Shown: positions 1 to 8,815, counted from the first letter of the stretch. The stretch: DNA of 56,764 bases from a virus (IMGVR_UViG_3300033076_000855:1-56764), one strand, 5' to 3'. The notes: generated by a model from the sequence alone, not told the origin. Program-made: numbers and translations.

Positions 1-144
1 GCCGACGCGATCCGCCTGCGCGCTGCAGCCGTGACCTCGCAAGGCGGCGCCGAGTACGTTCAGCTCAAAGCGATCGAGAAGTGGGACGGCAAGCTGCCCA
101 CCACGAACGCTGGCGGCGTCACCCCATTCATCCACGTCAAATAA
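1..144 (+). CDS. SPFH/band 7 (prohibitin-like) protein, C-terminal fragment
   Basis: Frame 1 reads ADAIRLRAAAVTSQGGAEYVQLKAIEKWDGKLPTTNAGGVTPFIHVK*; IEKWDGKLP is the typical C-terminus of phage SPFH proteins. Truncated by the window edge. Confidence 0.75.
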   Translation, partial: ADAIRLRAAAVTSQGGAEYVQLKAIEKWDGKLPTTNAGGVTPFIHVK

Positions 145-173
145 TCCCTCAACCCTCCCGAAAGGAAATCACC

Positions 174-497
174 ATGACTCACATTGCACCAACCGTAGGC
201 CGCATCGTCTACTTCTTCGCGAGCGCCGACGACGGCATCGCAACCACCGGCGCACCGCTGGCGGCCATCATCACTGCAGTCAACGACGACGGCACCATCA
301 ACCTGGCCGTGTTCAGCCAGCACGCCAGCGTCTCTGCACGCCTGAACGTGACCCTGGTTCAGGAGGGCGATGAGACCCCCGCCACTGGCCACGCCGAGTG
401 GATGCCCTACCAGCTGGGCCAGGCCGCCAAGACTGAGGAAGTCACCAAGGCTTCCAAGAAGAAGGCAGCACCAGCCGCTGAGGAGCCTGCAGCATGA
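174..497 (+). CDS. Hypothetical phage protein (PTVGRIVYF type)
   Basis: AAAGGA RBS before ATG 174; GC3-rich codons; ATGA overlap with the next gene. Confidence 0.8.
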   Translation: MTHIAPTVGRIVYFFASADDGIATTGAPLAAIITAVNDDGTINLAVFSQHASVSARLNVTLVQEGDETPATGHAEWMPYQLGQAAKTEEVTKASKKKAAPAAEEPAA

Positions 498-769
498 ACC
501 AGCCCATCGTTGTGACTTTGCAGGTCACGCCCGCGGGCATGGACTTGATCCTGGCTGGCTTGAACAAGCTGCCCCGCGAAGCGAGCGACCCGCTGTACCG
601 CGAGCTGGAAGCCCAGTTCAACTTCCAGCTGCAGCAGCTGCGCGACGCTGCGGCCAACCAGCTGGCCGAAGAGTCCAAGGCCAAGGCCGAGGCTGAGAAG
701 GCCGCCAAGAAGGCAGCCAAGGCGAAGAAGGATGAAGCCCCACCGGCTGACCCTGATCCGCTGTCCTGA
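494..769 (+). CDS. Hypothetical protein, Ala/Lys-rich tail
   Basis: ATGA coupling and typical codon bias. Confidence 0.75.
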   Translation: MNQPIVVTLQVTPAGMDLILAGLNKLPREASDPLYRELEAQFNFQLQQLRDAAANQLAEESKAKAEAEKAAKKAAKAKKDEAPPADPDPLS

Positions 770-774
770 TGGAC

Positions 775-796
775 GCACCCCTTCGGGGGTGTTTTT
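775..796 (+). terminator. Intrinsic terminator
   Basis: GCACCCC-TTCG-GGGGTGT hairpin followed by TTTT. Confidence 0.75.
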
Positions 797-843
797 GGCG
801 AGGGGCTACTGGCCCCTCACCAAAGACAACGACAACACATCAC

Positions 844-1152
844 ATGAAGTCCCATTCCACCAACGTCGACACGCGGTATCCCTTGCGCCGCCAGATTTTT
901 GCCCTGGCTTCAATCGCCTCGGGTGATCGCAGCGGTATTGAAGCGACCGGCCTGCCGGTCTTTGTCCAGCCCAGCAGCACCACCGCTGGCGCCATGCGAC
1001 GCCTGTCCAGCGGTGCCCGCAGCCTGCGCTTCTCCATCACTCCCCCAGTGTTTGATCTTCCGCGCGGAGTATCGCGTCGGCAGATGCAAGTGTGCGCTCG
1101 TCCTCACGCGACAGCAGGGCTTACCACCGTGGTAAGTGGGGGTGACGCATGA
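844..1152 (+). CDS. Hypothetical protein, translationally coupled to the DNA polymerase
   Basis: Stop overlaps the pol ATG (ATGA); codon usage is atypical. Confidence 0.45.
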   Translation: MKSHSTNVDTRYPLRRQIFALASIASGDRSGIEATGLPVFVQPSSTTAGAMRRLSSGARSLRFSITPPVFDLPRGVSRRQMQVCARPHATAGLTTVVSGGDA

Positions 1153-3464
1153 CGCACGAACAACAAGTGCTGGCCGCCATCAAGCCTGGCCACGACTACA
1201 CCCTGCAGGAGCTGAGCGAAGCGACAGGCCTGGGCGTGAACATCACATCGAGCCTGGTCAACGCGCTGCGCTCGCGCAACGTGCTGGTTCAGAACCCGCA
1301 GCGCCTGTGCAAGGTCACGGGCAAGCCCGCACGTCCCGCACGCCTGCCCACCGACGAAGAACGCGCAACGATGGCCGGGCGGCCCGTCGCGGCCAGCGTC
1401 GGCGAGCAGCGCGGCAAGACCCTGCGCATCGACCTGGAGACCTACAGCCCCGTCGACCTGAAGAAGTGCGGCGTGCACAAGTACGTCGAGCCTTCCGAGT
1501 TTGAAATCCTGCTGTTCGCGTACGCCTACGACGATCAGCCGGTCACCGTGATCGACCTGGCCCAGGGCGAACAGATTCCCCGCGCCGTCCTCGCCGACCT
1601 GCGCGACCCCGAGGTGACCAAGACCGCCTACAACGCGGCCTTCGAGATCGCGTGTCTGTCCAAGCACATGGCCGTGCAGCTCGAAGTCGAGCAGTGGCGC
1701 TGCACCTCCGTGCATGCCCTGTACCTCGGCATGCCGGGCAACCTGGCTGACGTCGGCAAGGTGATCGGCCTGACCGGCGACAAGCAGAAGATGAACATCG
1801 GCTGGTCGCTGATCCGCTACTTCTGCATCCCGTGCAAGCCGACCAAGAAGAACGGCGAGCGCACGCGCAACCTGCCCCACCACGACCCGGCCAAGTGGCA
1901 GCTCTTCATCGAGTACTGCCGCCGCGACGTGGAGACCGAGCGCGAGGTGGCCCGCCGCATCGCCAAGTTCCCGGTGCCCGACAAAGAGTGGCGCCTGTGG
2001 TTCCTCGATCAGAAGATGAACACGCGCGGCATCCAGGTCGACGTGCCCCTGATCCATGCGGCCATCGAGTGCGACGCCATCGTCAAGCAGCGCCTCATGG
2101 AAGAGGCCATGGCCATCACGGGCCTGTCCAATCCGAACAGCCGCACGCAGCTGCTGGACTGGCTCAACGAAGAGCTGGAGGACGGCGAGGAGCTGAGCGA
2201 CGTCAAGAAGAAGACCGTGGCCAAGCTGCTGGAAGGCAAGCCTGGCGACGTGATCGAGCGCGTGCTGGCCCTGCGCCAGGAGCTGGCCAAGACGTCCGTG
2301 TCCAAGTTCCACGCCATGGCCCGCGCCGTCGGCAAGGACCACCGCATCCGCGGCCTGACCCAGTTCTACGGTGCCAACCGTACCGGCCGCTGGGCTGGTC
2401 GCCTGGTGCAGGTGCAGAACCTGCCGCAGAACAAGCTGCGCGACCTGGACCTCGCCCGCAACCTGCTGCGCGAGCGCGAGTACGAGCTGCTGGAGCTGAT
2501 GTTCGGCACGGTGCCAGACACCTTGTCGCAGCTCATCCGCACCGCGTTCGTCGCGGGCACTGGCTCTCGCTTCGTCGTGGCCGACTTCAGCGCCATCGAA
2601 GCACGCGTGATCGCCTGGCTGGCCTGGTGCCAGTGGCGCCTGGACGTGTTCGCCACGCACGGCATGATCTACGAGGCATCGGCCTCGACCATGTTCAAGG
2701 TGCCGATCGAATCGATCCAGGCCAAGGTCAACGGCAAGAAGGTCAAAGGGCCGAACTACGGTCTGCGCCAGAAGGGCAAGATCGCCGAGCTGGCGCTGGG
2801 CTATCAGGGTGGCGCCGGTGCGCTCAAGACCATGGGCGCCCTGGACATGGGCATCGCCGAGGAAGAGCTGGACCCGATCAAGGTGGCATGGCGTGAGGCC
2901 AACCCCGAGATCGTGAAGCTCTGGTACGCCATGGAGCGCGTGGCCAAGCAGGCCGTGCAGAACAAGACCAGCGTCACGCTGCCGATTGCCGGTGGCCGCA
3001 CGCAGCTGGTGTTCGCCTACGAGTCGGGCTTCCTGACCATCCGCCTGCCCTCCGGCCGCAAGCTCTTCTACGTCAAGCCGCGCATCGAAGCGGAAGACCT
3101 GTACCGCGAGACCAGCAACGGTGGCCGCTACGTGGTCGCCAGCGCAGGCAGCCTGACTTACGAAGGCACCGACCAGAAGACCAAGCAGTGGACGCGCCTG
3201 GCCACCTACGGCGGCAAGCTCGTCGAGAACGTCACGCAGGCCATCGCCCGTGACTGCCTGGCCGAGTCGATGCTGCTGCTCGACGACCGCGGCTTCGATC
3301 AGTGCATGACCGTGCACGACGAAGACGTCCTCGAAGTGCCGCACGGCCTGGGCGAACTCGCTGAGGTGGAAGAAATCATGGGCCGCCCCATCGCATGGGC
3401 GCCCGACCTGCTGCTGCGCGCAGACGGGTTCGAGACCAGTTACTACATGAAGGAGATCGATTGA
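1149..3464 (+). CDS. DNA polymerase family A with 3'-5' exonuclease and N-terminal HTH-like extension
   Basis: Exo I IDLETYS, motif A DFSAIEARV, motif B RQKGKIAELALGYQGG, motif C TVHDE; same operon as DUF2800/DUF2815, as in APSE-type modules. Confidence 0.95.
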   Translation: MTHEQQVLAAIKPGHDYTLQELSEATGLGVNITSSLVNALRSRNVLVQNPQRLCKVTGKPARPARLPTDEERATMAGRPVAASVGEQRGKTLRIDLETYSPVDLKKCGVHKYVEPSEFEILLFAYAYDDQPVTVIDLAQGEQIPRAVLADLRDPEVTKTAYNAAFEIACLSKHMAVQLEVEQWRCTSVHALYLGMPGNLADVGKVIGLTGDKQKMNIGWSLIRYFCIPCKPTKKNGERTRNLPHHDPAKWQLFIEYCRRDVETEREVARRIAKFPVPDKEWRLWFLDQKMNTRGIQVDVPLIHAAIECDAIVKQRLMEEAMAITGLSNPNSRTQLLDWLNEELEDGEELSDVKKKTVAKLLEGKPGDVIERVLALRQELAKTSVSKFHAMARAVGKDHRIRGLTQFYGANRTGRWAGRLVQVQNLPQNKLRDLDLARNLLREREYELLELMFGTVPDTLSQLIRTAFVAGTGSRFVVADFSAIEARVIAWLAWCQWRLDVFATHGMIYEASASTMFKVPIESIQAKVNGKKVKGPNYGLRQKGKIAELALGYQGGAGALKTMGALDMGIAEEELDPIKVAWREANPEIVKLWYAMERVAKQAVQNKTSVTLPIAGGRTQLVFAYESGFLTIRLPSGRKLFYVKPRIEAEDLYRETSNGGRYVVASAGSLTYEGTDQKTKQWTRLATYGGKLVENVTQAIARDCLAESMLLLDDRGFDQCMTVHDEDVLEVPHGLGELAEVEEIMGRPIAWAPDLLLRADGFETSYYMKEID

Positions 3465-3820
3465 TGAACAACGCTTTTTACACAATGCCCGAGGTGGCCG
3501 CCCTGGCCAAGTCGGACCCTGACGCGGAGGTGCGTGCGCATCCGCTCTACCCGCTTTTCATGGCCGCCATCAAGCAGGCCATGTATGGCAAGGGCGAGCG
3601 GCATGGCGGCGCCCGCACGCCGTTCCTGGAGCAGCCGTGGGTGCACTACGTGAAGCTGCACGGCCGAGGCTTTGCCACCGGCCAGGCCGCGAAGAAGCTG
3701 GAAGAGGCTGCAAGCACACGCCAAGGCGAGGCCTTCGAGACCGAGGTGTTCGGCGCCATGGTCTACCTGGGCATGTCCGTGCTCTTCGAGCGCGGCGAGC
3801 TGAGGGGAGACGCTGAATGA
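3464..3820 (+). CDS. Conserved phage hypothetical protein (GKGERH...PFLEQP)
   Basis: TGATG overlap with pol; codon bias. Confidence 0.75.
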   Translation: MNNAFYTMPEVAALAKSDPDAEVRAHPLYPLFMAAIKQAMYGKGERHGGARTPFLEQPWVHYVKLHGRGFATGQAAKKLEEAASTRQGEAFETEVFGAMVYLGMSVLFERGELRGDAE

Positions 3821-4104
3821 ATGCCACCTGCGTCTTGATCGGTGGCCAAGAGTCTGGACGACGAGTCCAGGCCACGGGCCAGCCCGAATACCGCTTCCCG
3901 AAGAAAGAGGCCGCACCACTCACCATCGCCAAGCACGAAGGCGCAACCGTCGCGTACTACGAAGTCCGCTACCTCAGAGCGGAGTGCCAATGGCAAGGGC
4001 ATCGCCACACCGTTTACGTGTGGGAGCACGACATCCACCGCGACCTGATCGAGCTGATGACCAGCGAACTGACGCGACTGGCCAAGGAAGGCGGTGCAAT
4101 GTGA
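3817..4104 (+). CDS. Hypothetical protein
   Basis: ATGA/GTGA overlaps at both ends. Confidence 0.7.
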   Translation: MNATCVLIGGQESGRRVQATGQPEYRFPKKEAAPLTIAKHEGATVAYYEVRYLRAECQWQGHRHTVYVWEHDIHRDLIELMTSELTRLAKEGGAM

Positions 4105-4571
4105 GCAATCTTGAGAAGCATGCGCTGATGGAGTTCCGCGCCGCAGGCTGGATGGACAAGAACGGCAAGTTCAATGACGAGACGCAGGAGGCAATCTGCA
4201 ACCACGTCATGACGCTGCTGAATGTCTTCAATGCCGAAGGCCACTCGGGCAGCACCGCGCCCTACGCCATCAACATGTTCAAGACGCTGGCCATGTTTGA
4301 GCCACTCGTCCCGCTCACCGGCGAAGACTGGGAGTGGACCGAGGTGCGCGACGGCGTGTTCCAGAACAAGCGCTGCAGTCACGTGTTCAAGCAAGCCGAC
4401 CGGTTCGACGGCCAGGCCTACGACATCGAAGGCGTCGTGTTCTTCGACTGGTACACGGACCCGGAGACGGGCGAGAAGCACAAGTCGCACTTCACAAGCA
4501 GCGACAGCTTCGTCCCCATCACGTTCCCCTACACCCCGACCAAGCAATACAAAGAAAGCCCGACGAAATGA
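4101..4571 (+). CDS. Conserved phage hypothetical protein (GHSGSTAPY motif)
   Basis: GTG start overlapping the previous stop; strong codon bias. Confidence 0.75.
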   Translation: MSNLEKHALMEFRAAGWMDKNGKFNDETQEAICNHVMTLLNVFNAEGHSGSTAPYAINMFKTLAMFEPLVPLTGEDWEWTEVRDGVFQNKRCSHVFKQADRFDGQAYDIEGVVFFDWYTDPETGEKHKSHFTSSDSFVPITFPYTPTKQYKESPTK

Positions 4572-4738
4572 ACTACATCATCGTCACCCGAAACCCGAAC
4601 GGCAAAGGCGTGCTCGCAATCATGGGCGAAGACGACAGCGTCATGCAGTTTGAGACCCGCGAAGCCGCCGAAGAAACCGCAAGCAACCAGGTTCTGTGCA
4701 GAGCCTGGGGCTATCAAATCGTAGAACTCGAAGTTTGA
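4568..4738 (+). CDS. Hypothetical protein (MNYIIVTRNP...)
   Basis: ATGA overlap with the previous gene. Confidence 0.6.
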   Translation: MNYIIVTRNPNGKGVLAIMGEDDSVMQFETREAAEETASNQVLCRAWGYQIVELEV

Positions 4739-4748
4739 GGACCAAGAA

Positions 4749-4961
4749 ATGAAACTGGACGACATGAAAACCATCGGCGCTGACGAGCTGGCCAAGCTGC
4801 TGGGCCGCAGCGTTGAGACCGTGAAGAGCGACGTGCGTCGCCGCCCGCAGACGCTGCCCACGCGCCTGAAGATTCCCGGCAGCAAGCAGCTGCTGTGGCT
4901 CGAATCCGACGTCGTTGCATTCCTGCAGAAGGCACGCGTCACGACGCATCGGGTGCGGTGA
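4749..4961 (+). CDS. Excisionase/AlpA-like HTH protein
   Basis: 70 aa, DELAKLLGRSVETVKSD...LP...LLWLESDVVAFL pattern; upstream of and convergent with the integrase. Confidence 0.7.
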   Translation: MKLDDMKTIGADELAKLLGRSVETVKSDVRRRPQTLPTRLKIPGSKQLLWLESDVVAFLQKARVTTHRVR

Positions 4962-5407
4962 TGGCGAAGCTGACGTTCACCAAAGCGGCGTCGCAGGTGC
5001 GCATTGCGCGCATCGAAGCGCTGCTGTCTCAGTCCCCGATGAATGTGCACCAGCTCGCGCAAGCGCTGCCGCTCTCCAAGCGGTGGGTGCTTGAGTACCT
5101 CGCGCACCTGCACGACCTCAAGCGCGTCCACGTATTGCGCTGGGACAAGGACATTGAAGAGCGAGCCAAGCGCCACGCCATCGAGGTGTGGGCCTTCGGG
5201 CCTGGCGTCGACGCGCCTCGCCCTGCGGCCGATGGCCTGAAGGTGCGCCGCCGTCGTGCATGGGAATCACTCAAGGCTGACGAGGATCGGCATGAGCGAG
5301 TCACCGCCATGCGCCGCGTGCGCCGCCGGATCGCGAAAGCCAGACCCGACATTGCTGCAGCGTGGATCACGCCGATCAATGGGTCTCAGTACCGGGAGGC
5401 TGCATGA
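4961..5407 (+). CDS. Winged-HTH domain protein
   Basis: MNVHQLAQALPLSKRWVLEYLAHL HTH pattern. Confidence 0.6.
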   Translation: MAKLTFTKAASQVRIARIEALLSQSPMNVHQLAQALPLSKRWVLEYLAHLHDLKRVHVLRWDKDIEERAKRHAIEVWAFGPGVDAPRPAADGLKVRRRRAWESLKADEDRHERVTAMRRVRRRIAKARPDIAAAWITPINGSQYREAA

Positions 5408-5643
5408 AGATCATCGTTTACTCGAAGAGCCAGTGCCAGGCGTGCGACGCGGTCAAGCGTCTGCTGCAGACCAAGGGTCGCGCATACACCGAGATCAGCC
5501 TGGACGATGAGACCGAGCGCCAGGCGTTCTACGAAGCGAATCCCGGCATCCGCCAGATGCCGCAGGTCTATTTCGGTGAGCAGCGCGTCGGCGGCTACGC
5601 CGGTGTGCAGGCCGCCCTGGCCCAGCTGGAGCAGGCGTCATGA
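5404..5643 (+). CDS. Glutaredoxin/NrdH-like protein
   Basis: YSKSQCQACDAVK (CxxC), MPQV, VGGY motifs. Confidence 0.9.
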   Translation: MKIIVYSKSQCQACDAVKRLLQTKGRAYTEISLDDETERQAFYEANPGIRQMPQVYFGEQRVGGYAGVQAALAQLEQAS

Positions 5644-5999
5644 TCGTGCGCTGGGATAAGCGCATCGACGCCATGGACACCTCCAAAGGTGTCAGCAACA
5701 CCATGATCCGCGAAGCCATGCTGGGCGAGATCAAGGAGCTGCGCAAAGCCGTGGCCACGCTGACCGAGCGCCACCAAGCGTTCGACGCGCGGCTCAAGGC
5801 GCAGTACGCCGCTGGGCAGGCCAGCGTCATGAAGGACGTGAAGGCCGCACAGGCCGCGCTTGAGAAGGCGCGCAAGCAATTCAAGGTGCGCCTAGCTGCG
5901 CGGACCGAGACCGCCCGAGGCCGGGCCGTCTACTGGCGCCGCGTGGCCTACGCCGTTCAGCGCGAGCTGGACCTCACGAAGAAAGGACTGAACCGATGA
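5640..5999 (+). CDS. Hypothetical coiled-coil protein
   Basis: Coupled ORF, codon bias. Confidence 0.7.
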   Translation: MIVRWDKRIDAMDTSKGVSNTMIREAMLGEIKELRKAVATLTERHQAFDARLKAQYAAGQASVMKDVKAAQAALEKARKQFKVRLAARTETARGRAVYWRRVAYAVQRELDLTKKGLNR

Positions 6000-6337
6000 A
6001 CATTCTCTACAACCTGGGGCTCTTGATGCTGGGCGCAGGCCTTGGCGTGGTGGCCCTCGCCGTCACCTCGATCAACGCCCGCAACGACGAGCGCGACGAG
6101 ATGGCCAGGCTGCGCGGCTTCGCGCAGGACATCCTCAAGGACTGGCCGGACGTGGGCTACATCGACGGCTTCGATCTGCAGCAGCTCGCGCACAAGCACG
6201 GGCTGCTCGTCTCCGAGACTCTGTTCAAGCCGTGCGGAGAGCAGTGCAGTTGCGCCGAGATGGTGGACCAGGTGGAGTGGGACGAAGGCGTCACGTGCTA
6301 CCGCAAGACGCCGCTCTTGAAAGGCGGTGCTGCATGA
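5996..6337 (+). CDS. Hypothetical protein with N-terminal TM helix and Cys motif
   Basis: Hydrophobic N-terminus; PCGEQCSCAE...TCYRKT. Confidence 0.7.
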   Translation: MNILYNLGLLMLGAGLGVVALAVTSINARNDERDEMARLRGFAQDILKDWPDVGYIDGFDLQQLAHKHGLLVSETLFKPCGEQCSCAEMVDQVEWDEGVTCYRKTPLLKGGAA

Positions 6338-6528
6338 GAAACGTGTCCGGCTACATCACCGATGACGGCGAGTTCTTCGAGGACAAGAAGAAAGCCGAGG
6401 CGCACGAAAAGCTGCTGTCGGTTGGCAAGTACATCGATGAGTTCGTGCGCGTGCAGTACGACGCCAAGACGCCCATCGGCGAGACCTTGCGCCAGTGGGA
6501 GAAGTACAGGACGGAGAAGACCAAATGA
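6334..6528 (+). CDS. Hypothetical protein (YITDDGEFFED)
   Basis: ATGA overlaps. Confidence 0.7.
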   Translation: MRNVSGYITDDGEFFEDKKKAEAHEKLLSVGKYIDEFVRVQYDAKTPIGETLRQWEKYRTEKTK

Positions 6529-6830
6529 CCAAACAAGAAACGCTGGCCGAGCAGCCAGCACAGCAGCAGGAGCCTGCTGGGTCAGTGTATCGCTATGGCA
6601 AAGACTCATCTGGCAAACCGTGGCACGGCATTCGATGGACGGCATCTGGATTGGATTTGCCCGATGGAACTTTGATTTACACATCCCCACCAGCAAGCAA
6701 GCCGTGGGTGTCTTTGACGGATGAGGAAGCACAAAAGACTTTTCATGAACACAACTGCGTCATTTCGCCCGATCTTGCGGGAATACTCGCCCGTGCCATT
6801 GAAGCCAAGCTGCGGGAGAAGAACACGTGA
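6525..6830 (+). CDS. Hypothetical protein, atypical composition
   Basis: ATGA/GTGA overlaps; ends ARAIEAKLREKNT. Confidence 0.65.
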   Translation: MTKQETLAEQPAQQQEPAGSVYRYGKDSSGKPWHGIRWTASGLDLPDGTLIYTSPPASKPWVSLTDEEAQKTFHEHNCVISPDLAGILARAIEAKLREKNT

Positions 6831-7009
6831 GCGACGGAGGAAAGGGGACGCTGCCCCGACCATACAGCGTGCCGCTGGACCAGTTCAGTGACAACTACGA
6901 GCGCACCTTCGGCAAGAAGGTCACGTGCCCCGACTGCGGCAAGACGTTTCGCTTGAAGCCCGACGACGTGCACATCCACACCTGCACACCCAAGGAGGTG
7001 CGGTCATGA
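6827..7009 (+). CDS. Small Zn-finger protein
   Basis: CPDCGK...HIHTC. Confidence 0.6.
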   Translation: MSDGGKGTLPRPYSVPLDQFSDNYERTFGKKVTCPDCGKTFRLKPDDVHIHTCTPKEVRS

Positions 7010-7176
7010 AGCGCGCAGCCAAGTGGGCACTGACCGTGATCTGCCTTGTCTTCTACGCCGCGCTGCTCGCAGCGATGGTGTCCAACGCCGCCAAGGCTGA
7101 GCGCCGCATCGACTGCAGCCTGGCTTCTTTCCACCCTGACTACACACCCGCCATGCGGGAGAAATGCAAGAAATGA
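7006..7176 (+). CDS. Small membrane protein
   Basis: Hydrophobic helix followed by IDCSLASFHPDY. Confidence 0.6.
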   Translation: MKRAAKWALTVICLVFYAALLAAMVSNAAKAERRIDCSLASFHPDYTPAMREKCKK

Positions 7177-7610
7177 GTATCGAGTCCATCGCCCTCTGGC
7201 ACCAGCGTGCCAAGCCCGAACCCACCGCCCGCGACTTCGACGTGCAGCTGGGCTGCCACTTCGAGGAGTTCGTCGAGCAGCTCGACAGCATCGGCCTGAG
7301 CGGCCGAGCGCAGGCCGAACTTCAGCAGGTGCGAGACACGCTGCACTGGCTTGCCACGGGCCTCAAGCAGGGCACGGTGTTGGCCCACATCACCGACCGC
7401 AAAGAGTTCCTCGACGCAGCTGCCGACCAGATCGTCACGGCCACGGGCGCCGCCTACCGGGCGGGCATGGACATCGGTGAAGCGGTCCACCGCGTGAACC
7501 GTTCCAACTGGTCCAAATACGACGAGGATGGACAGCCCCTCTTCGATGCGAACGGCAAGATCGCCAAAGGCCCGCGCTACCAGGCGCCGGACCTGACGGG
7601 CCTCTACTGA
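7173..7610 (+). CDS. MazG-like / PRA-PH nucleotide pyrophosphohydrolase
   Basis: HFEEFVE, EFLDAAADQIVT, VNRSNWSK, GKIAKGPRYQAPDL motifs. Confidence 0.85.
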   Translation: MSIESIALWHQRAKPEPTARDFDVQLGCHFEEFVEQLDSIGLSGRAQAELQQVRDTLHWLATGLKQGTVLAHITDRKEFLDAAADQIVTATGAAYRAGMDIGEAVHRVNRSNWSKYDEDGQPLFDANGKIAKGPRYQAPDLTGLY

Positions 7611-8620
7611 TCGAGCTTGGCCACCAGCTCGGCGGCCGTGGGGTTGTAGTAACGCTTGAGGGATTGGAGGGAACGATGGCCGGTGACAGCGCTCAGCTGC
7701 AGCACGTTGGCGAACTTCTTCGAGAGCCGGGTGGCCGCTTCGTGGCGCGTGTCATGAAACCGTATGTCCATGAGGCCCGCCTGGTTGCGCTTCTCGCGGA
7801 AGTAGAGGCCGAGCGACTCCGACGACAGCGGGAACACGTTGTCATCGGGGCCAAGGCCCTCGATGAGGTGAAGGAAAATCTGCTGAGCCTGCTTTGTGAG
7901 TGGCACCGTTCGGGCGTCGCCGTTCTTCGAGTCTCTCAGGAACACGTAGCGGTCCTCGGCGTGGACGTCCTGTACCTTGATGGCGCACAGCTCGCCCAGG
8001 CGCATGGCGGTCTCGATGGCCAATAGGACCGCCCAGGGCACGTAATCGCGGCCGACCTGGGGCTTGGCCTTGGCGTCCCAATTACAGGCCTGCAGCAGCC
8101 GATCCAGGTCGTTCTGGGTCCATCGGCGCGTGCGCTCCCTGGCCTTGCCTTTGGGGCGCTGGGCCAGGTGCATCGGGTTCTCGCGCAGGGGCGCGTCCCA
8201 TTCCTTGATTGCGTGGGTGAAGATGCCGGACAGGAGGTTCCATTCCCGGTTCACGCTGGCCGGGGAAACGGACTGCAGCCGGGCGTCGCGCCAGGCCTTG
8301 ATGTCGGCGGGGGTGATCTGGTCCAGGCGCCGGTGCACGAACTCGGCGTTGGCCAGGAGGTTGTTGATCCGCACCACCTCCCAGCGCTGGCCCTTGCGGC
8401 CGGGGGTGACCTCGTCGCGGAACTTCTCCAGCAGCTCGCGCACCGTCTCGGCCGCGCGCCGCTGCGGGGCCAGGCCTCGGTTGAGCATCCCCGCTTCGGC
8501 CTCGGCGGCCCAGCGCTCGGCGTCGAGCTTGTTGGTGAAGGTACGGGTGATGGGCTTGAAGCCCACGCGGCGCACGATGGCGCGCCAGGTCTTGCCGCGG
8601 TACTGCGCGATGGAAGCCAC
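7604..8620 (-). CDS. int: Tyrosine recombinase (integrase)
   Basis: Catalytic R (TAMRLGE), K (SKNG), HxxR (FHDTRH), H (GHRS), Y (KRYY); likely GTG start at 8620. Confidence 0.95.
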   Translation of the reverse strand: MASIAQYRGKTWRAIVRRVGFKPITRTFTNKLDAERWAAEAEAGMLNRGLAPQRRAAETVRELLEKFRDEVTPGRKGQRWEVVRINNLLANAEFVHRRLDQITPADIKAWRDARLQSVSPASVNREWNLLSGIFTHAIKEWDAPLRENPMHLAQRPKGKARERTRRWTQNDLDRLLQACNWDAKAKPQVGRDYVPWAVLLAIETAMRLGELCAIKVQDVHAEDRYVFLRDSKNGDARTVPLTKQAQQIFLHLIEGLGPDDNVFPLSSESLGLYFREKRNQAGLMDIRFHDTRHEAATRLSKKFANVLQLSAVTGHRSLQSLKRYYNPTAAELVAKLDQ

Positions 8621-8815
8621 TGCACAACTCCTGCACAACTCGGGAGCGCGCAGCTTACAGATCAATGGGTTACGGCGTCAATCCGTGTCTTCTTCTGGGC
8701 ACCAACGATACCCCGATGGGCACCGAAAGTCCCGCAAAATCAGTGGCATAGCGCGGCAGAGGCGGGCAAGAAAGTGCACACAACGGCAGTCGAAGTGCAC
8801 AACTTCTGCACACGC
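8621..8815. other. attP: core GTCTTCTTCTGGGCACCA (8687-8704) with TGCACA(AC) arm repeats on both sides
   Basis: Core resembles a tRNA T-arm/acceptor/CCA end; tandem TGCACAACTC at 8621-8641; TGCACA copies at about 8775-8812; IHF-like ATCAAtgggTTA at 8661-8673. Confidence 0.8.

Noticed and set aside
1104-3485. Long antisense ORFs (793 aa here; also 9413-11752, 16730-19525, 39308-41383 and others)
   Set aside because: Shadow frames of GC3-rich genuine genes on the opposite strand, with no recognisable motifs.
7604-8620. Shufflon/invertase role for the recombinase
   Set aside because: No inverted-repeat-flanked cassettes were seen; the adjacent attP with arm sites explains it as an integrase.
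8687-8704. tRNA gene
   Set aside because: Only 18 nt resembling a tRNA 3' end; no cloverleaf upstream. Interpreted as the attP core.
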